A model generated the notes under the pieces. The model was not told the origin of the DNA. It saw nothing but the letters and a program-made list of their open reading frames with translations, and did no database searches. 64,000 bases of DNA, from positions 5,916 through 69,915 of the forward strand of contig CAYJVC010000004.1 in NCBI GenBank assembly GCA_964373505.1, read 5' to 3'. Shown here piece by piece: positions 1-9,403 of the stretch. Positions within the stretch are counted from its first letter, which is position 1, and each line of letters starts with the position of its first letter. The position numbers and the translations under genes are program-made. This DNA comes from an uncultured Planctomycetia bacterium (lineage in GTDB: Bacteria > Omnitrophota > Gorgyraeia > 2-02-FULL-51-18).

Positions 1-57
1 AGACACAGCGCGGCCCACTTTTTAAGGTTTTTTCTGACACAGGCAGGGAAGGCGATG

Positions 58-1140
58 TTATTCGATCTCGACGACGGAGTCGAGCCCGCCGTAAGGATTG
101 GGTTCCAAGTGATCGTTGAAAGGGTCGGTGGTCCACTGGCCATCCACAACAAATTTATAGCGGTATTTTCCGGGGTCCAGGAAAACTCTCTTTTGCCACA
201 ACCCTTCCTCCGTTCTCCAGAGGAGGGATTCTTGGGATACCCGCCAGTGGTTGAAGTCGCCTACCAGGTGCACTTCCTTGGCGTCCACCGCTTTCACGAC
301 AAAGTCTTTGATGCGGTTCGAAGCCAGATCGAACCGCGCGCCATCGACCTTAATGTCCAAAGATGCTTCACCCGCGATGCGTTCCAAAAGTTCTTGCGTA
401 AGCGCAAGGTAATCCTGAGCGCCTTTGGAACGGAGGTTGTATTTTAATACCGACCGGCCCTTGGCCTGGGACTCCCGGACGGAAACGGTCTGACGGATCG
501 GGCGGGACAGGATGTGTTCGCCGAAGGAATCGCCGATCTCGCTGAGCATATGCTTCGCGAATTTCGTGCGCATGTCCACCAGGGTCGGCAACGCCCAAAC
601 GCGCGGCGTGTGCTGGAGTTTTACGCGGATAAGCTCGACCATGCTGAGGAGCTTGCTCACTCCCATCAAAGAGAATGAGCCCAGCTCAATGGGCACGACG
701 AGGGTCTGCGAGGCTCTGAGCGCATTGAACGTCAGAAAACCCAAACTGGGCGGGCAATCGATCACCACGTACTCGTAGGGAAATGAAAGCGTCCGGAGGA
801 GGCTGTAAAGCTTGGAGACCGACTCGTCCTTGTTCGTGAATTCCTGCTCGATCGTGCTTAGCAGGAGGTGCGACGGGGCCAGATCCAGCTGAGCATCGAT
901 CGGGAGTATGACGTCTTCCAAAAAATGCTTCCGCCGTTCGGGCTGCTCGGTCAGGACGTTGTAGATGGAGTTTTCCAGTTTATCGCTGCGAACGCCGAGC
1001 CCGAACGTCGCGTGCGCCTGGGGATCGAGGTCGATCAAAAGGCTCTTTTTGCCGAGGTGCGCCAGACTCGCCGCGATGTTGATCGCGGACGTTGTCTTGC
1101 CGCACCCCCCTTTTTGATTGGATAGGGCGATGACGTGCAT
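58..1140 (-). CDS. ParA/MinD-family P-loop ATPase fused to a C-terminal CBM48/AMPK-beta-type glycogen-binding domain
   Basis: 360-aa ORF with deviant Walker A KGGCGKTT at the N-terminus. The C-terminal ~75 aa (VHLVGDFNHWR...YRYKFVVDGQWTTDP...) matches the AMPK-beta GBD / CBM48 fold. Confidence 0.8.
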   Translation of the reverse strand: MHVIALSNQKGGCGKTTSAINIAASLAHLGKKSLLIDLDPQAHATFGLGVRSDKLENSIYNVLTEQPERRKHFLEDVILPIDAQLDLAPSHLLLSTIEQEFTNKDESVSKLYSLLRTLSFPYEYVVIDCPPSLGFLTFNALRASQTLVVPIELGSFSLMGVSKLLSMVELIRVKLQHTPRVWALPTLVDMRTKFAKHMLSEIGDSFGEHILSRPIRQTVSVRESQAKGRSVLKYNLRSKGAQDYLALTQELLERIAGEASLDIKVDGARFDLASNRIKDFVVKAVDAKEVHLVGDFNHWRVSQESLLWRTEEGLWQKRVFLDPGKYRYKFVVDGQWTTDPFNDHLEPNPYGGLDSVVEIE

Positions 1141-1965
1141 TTAGATAGGGGTTATTTGCAGGTCCCGGATAAAGACCATATCCCCGGGTTTATTTTCGGT
1201 GTCTTTCGAGCCGATGTCAAAACGCAGCGCCGCGACATTTTGCTCGTCGAATCTCCCCTCCGTGTTGAAGATAGGAATTTCCGCGCGCTGCCAGTCCGTA
1301 GAAAGCCCGTTGGGGAACGGCAAAAAGCGGCCCTTCTTGAACGCGGTCAGATTGTCCCTGTCCTTGATCGAAAATGTGACATGCTCTCCGCCCCGCGCGC
1401 CTTTGGCGTGGAACACGATCTTGGAGCTGCGGAGATTCATCGGCGATCTGAGGTAAAGGCTCGCCCTCGCAAACGGCGCCACAGAGCTGTTGACGAGCGT
1501 CAGGCCGGATTTGTCTTTTGAGCTTTGAAGTTTTGCGGCACCCTCAAACACGAACTCTTGGATCGGCAGCTTGTCCCCATACCGTATGTCGTCCTTGTTC
1601 GCTTGGGAGCCGGAAGGCGTTGAGTGCGAGGCCGCGGCGGGATCAGCCGGCAGCGTCGAGTTAAGCGCCGGATACTTATCGTCGACCACCTTGATATCGA
1701 CGAAGACCCGTTTTGTGGAAAAAAGACTCAGAGCCAGCAGCAAAAATGCGATGGAGGTGATGACCCAAGGTGTGACGGCTGCGGCCCGGGGTTTTTCGAT
1801 GACCTTGATCACCAGAGGCTGGTCGGATTTCCTCAGCTTTTCCGAGCCTGAGAAGTAGATGTCCGCCAGCTCCTGCTGCGTCATTTCCTGGTCGCTCTTC
1901 CGGACTGAGGAGGCGGAGACGCCCGCCTTCAGGGACTCGATCAGCTTACTCATTAAGAAGGCCAT
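1141..1965 (-). CDS. hypothetical membrane-anchored protein with an extracytoplasmic C-terminal domain, immediately upstream of the ParA-CBM48 gene
   Basis: 274-aa ORF with one hydrophobic helix (WVITSIAFLLLALSLF). Its stop abuts the parA start. I do not recognise a family. Confidence 0.5.
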   Translation of the reverse strand: MAFLMSKLIESLKAGVSASSVRKSDQEMTQQELADIYFSGSEKLRKSDQPLVIKVIEKPRAAAVTPWVITSIAFLLLALSLFSTKRVFVDIKVVDDKYPALNSTLPADPAAASHSTPSGSQANKDDIRYGDKLPIQEFVFEGAAKLQSSKDKSGLTLVNSSVAPFARASLYLRSPMNLRSSKIVFHAKGARGGEHVTFSIKDRDNLTAFKKGRFLPFPNGLSTDWQRAEIPIFNTEGRFDEQNVAALRFDIGSKDTENKPGDMVFIRDLQITPI

Positions 1966-2185
1966 TTTCCCTTAGCACGGCCTCGGTTTTTAAGATCGCG
2001 TTCTTCAGTTCCAGGAAATGGGTCACATTGATCGAAAGGCCTTTGCCGGTCGGAATTTTTTCTTCCCCTTCTTTCAGGGTCGTGTACACGCGAAGGTCCA
2101 CGAGATCATACCCCTTGAATTCGTTGATCTGCACTCTCACTTCTTCAAATTTGTTCTTTTGAAAACTGGTGACGAGAAGATTCAT
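1946..2185 (-). CDS. small PC4/YdbC-like (transcriptional coactivator p15 fold) putative ssDNA-binding protein
   Basis: 79-aa ORF whose composition and length resemble bacterial PC4-like proteins. Assignment is by pattern memory only. Confidence 0.4.
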   Translation of the reverse strand: MNLLVTSFQKNKFEEVRVQINEFKGYDLVDLRVYTTLKEGEEKIPTGKGLSINVTHFLELKNAILKTEAVLRENGLLNE

Positions 2186-2231
2186 GGCGCGGGAGCCTCC
2201 ACCTGAAATTCACTATAACAATTTTACGCGG

Positions 2232-3383
2232 TCACTGCAAAATAAATTCTTCTCCGCGGCTCAGTTCAACCGTCGGGGCGCTTTCCCGCCCCTTCCGGAA
2301 ATCCTCAAGCTTTCGGATCCGCAGGTCCAGTTTCTTAAAGCTCTTGTCGCTGACCTCGGCATATTTATCTCTGGTTTTATCGAGGGACTCGCCGAGGTCC
2401 GCGAAGCGTTTTTTGAAATTTTCGTAGTCGGCCAGGAACTGCGTGACAAGCTTCAGAATCTCATTGGCCGATTTTTCGAACGAAAAATTGTCATAAGCCT
2501 GCCGGATGATGGATAGAATACCGTAAAGCGAGTAAGGCGAGGCCAAGAGAACCTTCTGCTCGAGCGCTTCGTCCATGAGCTCAGGGGCGTGCCGGTGGAT
2601 GAAACCGAATATTTGCTCGTTCGGGATGAAAAGGATCACGTAGTCCAGCGTCTGCTCTTCCGGGTTGATATACTCTCTTTTTTTGAGTTCTCGCATCCTG
2701 TTTTTGACGTCTTTTATAAAATCATTGAGGCAGCGTTCCTTTTCGTTCCGGTCCTCCGCGTTCATGAACGCTAGGTAATTGTTCAGCGGGAATTTCACGT
2801 CCATATGGACTTTGTGGTGATCGGGGAGCGGAAAAGTGAAATCCGGGCGGGTTGAGAGGGTGTCCTGGGATTTTTCCTTGAAATAGTGAATGCCTTCGCT
2901 GAGATTGGCCGCCGTGAGAATATCCTCGGCCAACTTCGTCCCGAGGGCGCCGCGCAGCTGATTGTTGCCCATGACGGAGCTGAGCTTTTGGGTCGTCTCC
3001 GAAAGGTTGCGGGTCGCGAGCGCTGATTGCGCGAGTTTTTCATCGAGAGTGGCAAATTTATTGATCCGGTCATTTTCGAAATCGTGGATGAGCTTTGTGA
3101 TGCGCTCCAGCTCCTTGGAGAGGCTGTCCACGTGGTGCTCGATCGCATTCCTATTCTGCTCGAGCACGGCCTTGGATTTGAACTGCTCGTGGGTGAAGCG
3201 CTCATTGGCGGTCTGGATGAATCTTTCCGATTCCTGCCTGAGGCGGTTCTCGATCTCGGCGAATTGGCTGCGGATCCCCGATTCGACGGCTCGCGTCTGT
3301 GATCTCAGAAAAAAGCGCAGCGTCAAGAAAAGCGCAAGGCCCCCCAGCGAAACGGCCAACACGAGGAGGAAGGGGCTATCCAT
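2232..3383 (-). CDS. rmuC: DNA recombination protein RmuC
   Basis: 383 aa with an N-terminal TM segment, a long coiled-coil and a C-terminal RmuC nuclease-like region (YVILFIPNEQIF...LASPYSLYGIL). Confidence 0.8.
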   Translation of the reverse strand: MDSPFLLVLAVSLGGLALFLTLRFFLRSQTRAVESGIRSQFAEIENRLRQESERFIQTANERFTHEQFKSKAVLEQNRNAIEHHVDSLSKELERITKLIHDFENDRINKFATLDEKLAQSALATRNLSETTQKLSSVMGNNQLRGALGTKLAEDILTAANLSEGIHYFKEKSQDTLSTRPDFTFPLPDHHKVHMDVKFPLNNYLAFMNAEDRNEKERCLNDFIKDVKNRMRELKKREYINPEEQTLDYVILFIPNEQIFGFIHRHAPELMDEALEQKVLLASPYSLYGILSIIRQAYDNFSFEKSANEILKLVTQFLADYENFKKRFADLGESLDKTRDKYAEVSDKSFKKLDLRIRKLEDFRKGRESAPTVELSRGEEFILQ

Positions 3384-3395
3384 TTTTTCTGGAAC

Positions 3396-3572
3396 CTAAA
3401 ATTTTTTGCGGTTGCGGCTGCTGCGGGCCTTGCGACGCTTTATTTCGCTGGGTTTTTCGTAGTGTTTACGCGCCTTCAATGTTTTGAGAATGCCTTCGCG
3501 CTCTATTTTTTTCTTAAAGCGACGAAGCGCTTTCTCCAGCGGTTCGTTGGGACCCACCTCAACTCTGGACAT
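3396..3572 (-). CDS. rpsU: 30S ribosomal protein S21
   Basis: 58-aa ORF absent from the track because it is under 60 aa. It translates to MSRVEVGPNEPLEKALRRFKKKIEREGILKTLKARKHYEKPSEIKRRKARSSRNRKKF, typical of S21. Confidence 0.85.
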   Translation of the reverse strand: MSRVEVGPNEPLEKALRRFKKKIEREGILKTLKARKHYEKPSEIKRRKARSSRNRKKF

Positions 3573-3635
3573 TAATAAAAAATCCTTTCTACTTTGCCAT
3601 CAATGAGTTACGTAAATTATGGAAGAATTATAATC

Positions 3636-4658
3636 TTATTTGAAGCGGCTGTCAATGATGAGGCGGTTGTTTCTTAGCCGGATGCAGACAAAGCCGGGAA
3701 GATGCGTCTCAAGCAAGGGCTTATGCCCTGGCCGCAACATGTCAGCGACGGCCGCAAGGTGGGAAAACCCCACGCGCCGAGTGTCCCCTTTCACTTGGGT
3801 GAGCGCGCGGAGGATCACCTCTCTTTGAATAGCCGGGTGATAGCGTTGGAGCTTTTTTACGTGAAGGGTAGCCCGGCGTTTTGATCTTGTGCGGATCCGG
3901 CAAGCTTGAAGGGCGATACTTGAAATTCCGTCCAAACAATCCTGGATTTCCTGGCTGACCCGTTGGAGACTTGCCAAAGCGCTTTTGATGTTGGGGTTGA
4001 ATTCATGTTCAAGAACATGGAGCAAGCGGCGCCGAACGCGATTTCTTAAAAATGTCGTGTCGCGATTCGTTCTGTCGATGCAGAAGCGCAGTCCGTTTTT
4101 TCTTAAAAAACGGACCAGGGCACTTTTTTCAACATCCAGAAGAGGCCTCACCACCGCGAACCGGCCCTGGGCGCGTTTGTAGGGAATTCCCGACAGCCCT
4201 TTGATGCCCGAGCCTCGGATGATGCGCAAGAGCACGGTTTCGGCCTGGTCGTCGCGCGTGTGGGCGGTCGCGATGCTTTGGCAGCCGAAACGGCCGGCGA
4301 TTTTCTCAAAAAAACGGTAGCGTTCGATGCGGCCCGCTTCTTCGAGAGAGCGCCCGAGGCGCTTGGCGATCTCCTTAAGCTTAATTCTTTTGATCCGGAA
4401 CGGCAAACCGAGCTTTTCACAGCTCTGCCGGACAAGCGCTTCATGGCGTTTCGCCTGTTGAGGCCAAAGGCCGTGATTCACATGGGCCACGACGAGTTTC
4501 AGTGAGTATTTTTTCTGAAGCGCCAGGAGGATCCTCAAAAGCGCGATCGAATCAGGCCCGCCGGAAACGGCCAATACGATCGCGTCGTTTTTGTGGAACA
4601 GCGCGTGACGCTTACGGGTGAGCTCGACGGTTTCGAGTATTTTCTTGATGGACTTCAA
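3636..4658 (-). CDS. tilS: tRNA(Ile)-lysidine synthetase
   Basis: PP-loop SGGPDS (LAVSGGPDSIALL) and a TilS-like length of 340 aa. Confidence 0.85.
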   Translation of the reverse strand: MKSIKKILETVELTRKRHALFHKNDAIVLAVSGGPDSIALLRILLALQKKYSLKLVVAHVNHGLWPQQAKRHEALVRQSCEKLGLPFRIKRIKLKEIAKRLGRSLEEAGRIERYRFFEKIAGRFGCQSIATAHTRDDQAETVLLRIIRGSGIKGLSGIPYKRAQGRFAVVRPLLDVEKSALVRFLRKNGLRFCIDRTNRDTTFLRNRVRRRLLHVLEHEFNPNIKSALASLQRVSQEIQDCLDGISSIALQACRIRTRSKRRATLHVKKLQRYHPAIQREVILRALTQVKGDTRRVGFSHLAAVADMLRPGHKPLLETHLPGFVCIRLRNNRLIIDSRFK

Positions 4659-4675
4659 GGCCGGAAACCGGCGCT

Positions 4676-5143
4676 TCAGTATACGAAAATATACGTCGCC
4701 TTGTTCGAGGCGGGGTCGTATTCCACGTCCACCTCTGTTCCCGTCGCCAGCGACTTCACATCCCTGTCTTTTTCGCCGTCCGTGATGTCCGTGGTCTCAT
4801 CGACGTGGACGACGAGGCTTTTCGGGTTCGTGTCGGCCTCTGTTTCTCCGTAGAGTTTAACCGTGAGAGCCCCGGCGACTTCATCCAGCCCCGTGACCTC
4901 TCCGGAAATGAATTCCAGATTTTCCGCGTTCGCGATCTCGGCGTTTGGGGGCGTCGTTTCCGCCGGGGCCTGAGGCTCGGCCGGCTCCGTCACCTCCGTG
5001 GTCTCCGCGGTGGCTGCGGGAAGCGCTTGCGCGACCGGTGAGGCGGTTGTTTCGGTCGCGGCGCCGGCGCCTTCTTCAGCATGAGCGTTGTAACCGGCAA
5101 AACTGAAAGAACATAGAACGGCAACCAACAATAACTTTTTCAT
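4676..5143 (-). CDS. hypothetical secreted protein (signal peptide, acidic T/E/P/A-rich linker, small C-terminal domain)
   Basis: N-terminal MKKLLLVAVLCSFSFAGYNAHA signal peptide followed by a low-complexity region. Confidence 0.5.
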   Translation of the reverse strand: MKKLLLVAVLCSFSFAGYNAHAEEGAGAATETTASPVAQALPAATAETTEVTEPAEPQAPAETTPPNAEIANAENLEFISGEVTGLDEVAGALTVKLYGETEADTNPKSLVVHVDETTDITDGEKDRDVKSLATGTEVDVEYDPASNKATYIFVY

Positions 5144-5223
5144 GGGGTGCTCCGAGTGGTGATTGAGTTAGAGGGGGATTATACCATGAACCTGCGTCAT
5201 GTCAAAATAAAGGAGTTTACTCC

Positions 5224-6927
5224 CTAGGCGCTTTTTTTGAGAAGTTTTATGAACTCATTTGCGGCAACGGGTTTGCTGATGAGATACCCCTGGGCCTTGT
5301 CGCATCGGTATTTTTTCAGGATCTCCAGTTGTTCCTGCGTCTCAACGCCCTCCGCGATCACCTCCAGGTTCAGGCTGTGGGCCATCGCGATGATCGCGGT
5401 GACGATCGCGGCGTCACCCGGTTTTTTCGTGAGCTTTCTTACGAAGAGGCGATCGATCTTAAGGATGTCGAGCGGAAAGCGCTTCAAGTGGCTCAGCGAG
5501 GAATAACCGGTGCCGAAGTCGTCGATGGCGATGCGCGCGCCCATTCGTTTTAATTCGCGCAGCGTTTTTGAGATCAGCCGCGTTTTTTTCATCAGCACGT
5601 GCTCACTGAGCTCAAGCTGGATGTTTTCAGCATGCCCGCCCATTTTTTTAAGCAGGTCCTTGAGTTGCTGGATCAAGGGTCCTTCCTCCAGCTGGGGACT
5701 TGAGATATTCACCGAGAGCCTTAAGCCTTGGAACCCCTCCCGGTTCCACAACCTCAGCTCCGAAACGGCGGTTTCGAGCACCCATTCGTTGATGGGGACC
5801 ACGAGACCCGTTTCTTCCGCCAGGGGAATGAACTCCGTCGGCGAGATGAGTCCCAGTTCGGGGTGGTTCCAGCGCACCAGCGCTTCCGCGCCCGTGATGC
5901 GGCCCGTCGCCAGGTCCGCCTGTGGCTGGTAATGGATGCTCAATTCGTTTTTTTCCAGCGCGTGCCGGAGATTGTTCTCCAATCCCAGACGCTCAAGCGC
6001 GTGGGAATTCATGGAGGAGGAATAAAGCTGGCAGCTGTTCCGAGGCAAGTCTTTGGAGCGGTGCATCGCAATATCGGCGTTCTTAACGAGGCTTTCGGCG
6101 TCTTCCCCGTCATCCGGGTAGAGGCTGATACCCGTGCTGATCCCCACGACTATTTCCCTTTGATTGATATAAAAGGGGTCCCTGAAGGAATCGGCAATCT
6201 TATCCGCGATCCCCATGGCTTCGCGGGTGTGCTCGACCAAGTTAAGCAAGATCGTAAATCCGGCCCCCCCGATCCGCGCGACACTGTCGGTTTCCGGAAT
6301 GTCTTTGGTGATGCGCCGTGAGGCCATTTTCAAGAGCTCATTCCCGGCCTCGTGGCCCAGCGTGTCGTTGACCCTTTTGAAATTGTCGAGATCGAGCGAA
6401 AGCACGGCGACGAGGTGATTGCTTCCCCGCGCCTGCGCGATGGCCTGATTCAAACGGTCGATAAATAAGACGCGGCTCGGCATTCCCGTGAGCGGGTCAT
6501 AATATTCGAGGTAGTTGATCTGTTGCCGCAGATTTTCCTGGAACTTCTTTCTTTCCACCGCATGGATGAGACAAATGGCCAGCCTTTCATAGCCTTCGTT
6601 CTTCTTCACCAGGTAATCCTGGGCGCCTTTTCGCATCGCCTCCAGCGCGAGCGCTTCGTCGTCGAGGCTCGAAAGAATGACCATAGGGGCATGGGGTGAG
6701 AGGTCCTGAAGCGCCAGGAATGTGTCGAGGCCGTGGCTGTCGGGCAGGTTGAGGTCCACGATCACCGCATCCGCGCCGCCCTTTTTCAGCGCTTCTTCCG
6801 CGGATTTTAAATGTGACGCCACCTCGATGTTGAAAAGAGCCACAGCGCTCTTCTTCAACGCTTGTTTCACTCGCTGGACATCGTAGCTGTTGTCCTCTAT
6901 GAGAAGTACGGTCAAGGACAGTCCCAT
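5224..6927 (-). CDS. response-regulator receiver domain + degenerate GGDEF (GGAGF) + EAL c-di-GMP phosphodiesterase
   Basis: N-terminal REC domain (LLIEDNSYD...DLNLPD). The GGDEF-like A-site reads RIGGAGF. The EAL domain has EALVRW, DDFGTGYSSL and KIDRLFV motifs. Confidence 0.8.
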   Translation of the reverse strand: MGLSLTVLLIEDNSYDVQRVKQALKKSAVALFNIEVASHLKSAEEALKKGGADAVIVDLNLPDSHGLDTFLALQDLSPHAPMVILSSLDDEALALEAMRKGAQDYLVKKNEGYERLAICLIHAVERKKFQENLRQQINYLEYYDPLTGMPSRVLFIDRLNQAIAQARGSNHLVAVLSLDLDNFKRVNDTLGHEAGNELLKMASRRITKDIPETDSVARIGGAGFTILLNLVEHTREAMGIADKIADSFRDPFYINQREIVVGISTGISLYPDDGEDAESLVKNADIAMHRSKDLPRNSCQLYSSSMNSHALERLGLENNLRHALEKNELSIHYQPQADLATGRITGAEALVRWNHPELGLISPTEFIPLAEETGLVVPINEWVLETAVSELRLWNREGFQGLRLSVNISSPQLEEGPLIQQLKDLLKKMGGHAENIQLELSEHVLMKKTRLISKTLRELKRMGARIAIDDFGTGYSSLSHLKRFPLDILKIDRLFVRKLTKKPGDAAIVTAIIAMAHSLNLEVIAEGVETQEQLEILKKYRCDKAQGYLISKPVAANEFIKLLKKSA

Positions 6928-7019
6928 AGAGCAAGTCTACATTACTGGTTAACCCTTATCAAGATTCAGCTGTTCTAACGTGCTGGAGCGGATTCGCCTC
7001 CGGCGAAGAACCAATACAA

Positions 7020-7094
7020 TGGCGGTGAGTGGATTCGAACCACTGACATGCGATTTATGATACCGCTGCTCTAACCAGGCTGAGCTACACCGCC
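7020..7094 (-). tRNA. tRNA with CAU anticodon (elongator Met or lysidine-modified Ile2; not initiator)
   Basis: 75-nt cloverleaf GGCGGTGTAGCTCAGCCTGGTTAGAGCAGCGGTATCATAAATCGCATGTCAGTGGTTCGAATCCACTCACCGCCA. It has a G1:C72 pair, anticodon loop ATCATAA and an encoded 3' CCA. Confidence 0.8.
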
Positions 7095-7116
7095 GCAAAT
7101 TCTAAGCTAATTTTTG

Positions 7117-8202
7117 TTATTCATTTTTCACTGTTTCATGAATCCATCCGCCGCCGAGGACGCGCCGGGCTTCATAGAACACGGCCGCCTGGCCGGGCGT
7201 CACGGCCTTTTGAGGCGAATGGAACGTGACCTCAACCTCTGAATCGGAAATGATCTTGGAAATAGCCGCCGGGGTTTTTTCATGCCGGGACCTGATCTTG
7301 ACGGAGACCTCCCCCAGTCTCGGTCGGAGCTGCCAGTTGACGCGGCGCACGATCATGCGCTCCGCATAAAGGTCCTTTTCCCTTCCGATCACTACTTCGT
7401 TTTTATCGGCGCGGATCTGGGTCACAAAATAAGGGCTCGGATCGGTGATCCGGATACGTTTGCGCTGGCCCACCGTGAATTCGTGGCTTCCCGTATGCTC
7501 TCCCATTATTTTTCCGTCCGTCCCCACAAAAACACCCTTGCCGGGAAGGCGCTCGGGCGCGGCTTGTTTTACGAATTCCGTGTACTTATTTTTTACAAAA
7601 CAAATCTCCTGGCTGTCGGGTTTGTCGTGCACGCGGAGGCCCAGTTTTTCGGCGATCGATCGCACTTGGCTTTTTTGGAGGTCGCCGATCGGCAAAAGCG
7701 TTTTAGAAAGCTGATCTTGGTCCAGGCCGAACAATACGTATGACTGGTCTTTGGAAAGGTCGGCCCCTTCCATGATGAAAAAGCGCTTTTGATCCCCGTC
7801 AAAGCCGATCCTGGCATAGTGGCCCGTCGCCACGGACTGGGCCTCGAGCTCGCGCGCCTTGTCCAAAAGGATCCCGAACTTGACCGTGCGGTTGCATTCG
7901 ATGCAGGGGTTGGGCGTGCGGCCCGCGAGGTACTCCTCCACAAAATAATCCATCACGGACTGCTTGAAGTCAGAGGCAAGGTCCATCACGTAATACGGGA
8001 TGTTGATCTTTCGCGCGACCGAGCGGGCATCGTCGATGTCCCGGAGCGAGCAGCAACCTTTGGATTTTTCGTCGCGGCATTCGTCATTCGCCCAAGTTTT
8101 GATCGTGACGCCGATGACATCCAGGCCCTTCTCTTTAAGCAGGTAGGCGCACACCGAGCTGTCGACGCCTCCGGACATGGCGACAATGACGCGTGGGTTC
8201 AA
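7117..8202 (-). CDS. mnmA: tRNA-specific 2-thiouridylase
   Basis: N-terminal [15 protein letters not shown]-loop and a 361-aa length typical of MnmA. Confidence 0.9.
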   Translation of the reverse strand: MNPRVIVAMSGGVDSSVCAYLLKEKGLDVIGVTIKTWANDECRDEKSKGCCSLRDIDDARSVARKINIPYYVMDLASDFKQSVMDYFVEEYLAGRTPNPCIECNRTVKFGILLDKARELEAQSVATGHYARIGFDGDQKRFFIMEGADLSKDQSYVLFGLDQDQLSKTLLPIGDLQKSQVRSIAEKLGLRVHDKPDSQEICFVKNKYTEFVKQAAPERLPGKGVFVGTDGKIMGEHTGSHEFTVGQRKRIRITDPSPYFVTQIRADKNEVVIGREKDLYAERMIVRRVNWQLRPRLGEVSVKIRSRHEKTPAAISKIISDSEVEVTFHSPQKAVTPGQAAVFYEARRVLGGGWIHETVKNE

Positions 8203-8384
8203 GGGTTGGGTTTTTTGTCTTCTTTGGGGCCGGAGGAGTCACCGGAGGACTCCTTGAAGGCTTTTTTGAATTCGCGGATCCCCTCGCCGAGGCTCTTCCC
8301 GATCTCGGGCAGGCGGTTGGCCCCGAAAAGGAGCAGGCACACAAGCAATATGACTAAAAGTTCAGGAAAACCGACGCCAAACAT
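8199..8384 (-). CDS. tatA: twin-arginine translocase subunit TatA/E
   Basis: 61 aa reading [42 protein letters not shown], the canonical TatA TM plus amphipathic helix. Confidence 0.9.
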   Translation of the reverse strand: MFGVGFPELLVILLVCLLLFGANRLPEIGKSLGEGIREFKKAFKESSGDSSGPKEDKKPNP

Positions 8385-8416
8385 GGCCTATAGACTACTC
8401 CGTTTCCCAATGGGTG

Positions 8417-9403
8417 TCAACGGGCTCTCTCCAGGCAATGAAAGGCAAGGTTCCGGAGGCTTTCCCTGTAAGGCGATTCCTTGAAACCCTCCAAGCCGGA
8501 CAGCGCTTCGTCGATAAAGGCCTTCGCCTTTGACATTGCCCGATCCACGGATTTAGTATCAATGGCTAGGTTTTTGATCTCTTCAAAAGTAACGAGAGAA
8601 GTGCCGTCCATTTTTTTCAAAAGCGCGCGGCGGTCCGCTTCCTCGAGCGCCTGGAACAAATACAACGCCGGGAGTGTGACGTCGTTTTTTAAGATATCCA
8701 GACCCGTTGTCTTCCCGAGGTCTTCGGTGTTCCCGACGATGTCCAGGCAATCATCGACGATCTGGAACGCCATGCCGAGAGCGTGGCCGTAACGCCCCAT
8801 TTTTTCAATGGAGCTTCTCGCGACCCCCGAAAAATAGGCGCCGCCCATGCAAGCCGCTTGAAAAAGCGCGGCCGTCTTTTGACGGATGATCCGAAGGTAG
8901 GTGTCTTCGCTCATCCGGAAATCATTTCTTTTCTCGATCTGTTTCATCTCGCCTTCGCACATTAAGCGCGCGCAATCGGCGAATGCCTCATTGAGCCAGA
9001 CGTCTTTGAAACCGGCGAGGACCACGAATGACTTGGCGTAAAGGTAATCGCCCGAAACGATCGATATCTCCCTCCCCCACTTCGAGAAAACAGAAGGTTG
9101 GTTCCGGCGGAGGTCGGAATTGTCGATCACGTCGTCGTGGATCAGCGTGGCCGTGTGCAACAGCTCACTCAGGACCGCGAGCTTGATCACGTCGTCATTG
9201 GCTTTTCCCTCAAGCTTTGAGGAAAGGATCACGAGCGCCGGTCTCAAGTGCTTGCCCGTCATCTGTAGCAGGTGCCCATGGATCTCCTGTATCAGCGGGT
9301 CGCCGGAAGCCAGCTCTTTTTTTAAGGCCTCAGCGAAGATTGAAAGTTCTTTTTCCACCGGCGCGTAGATTTCCTGGAGGCTCGTTTTTTTTAAAAGGGT
9401 CAC
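8417..9403 (-). CDS. polyprenyl diphosphate synthase (IspB/heptaprenyl-type, trans-IPPS)
   Basis: First DDxxD motif (LIHDDVIDNSDLRRNQPS) and a second aspartate-rich region (IVDDCLD). Confidence 0.8.
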   Translation of the reverse strand: MTLLKKTSLQEIYAPVEKELSIFAEALKKELASGDPLIQEIHGHLLQMTGKHLRPALVILSSKLEGKANDDVIKLAVLSELLHTATLIHDDVIDNSDLRRNQPSVFSKWGREISIVSGDYLYAKSFVVLAGFKDVWLNEAFADCARLMCEGEMKQIEKRNDFRMSEDTYLRIIRQKTAALFQAACMGGAYFSGVARSSIEKMGRYGHALGMAFQIVDDCLDIVGNTEDLGKTTGLDILKNDVTLPALYLFQALEEADRRALLKKMDGTSLVTFEEIKNLAIDTKSVDRAMSKAKAFIDEALSGLEGFKESPYRESLRNLAFHCLERAR

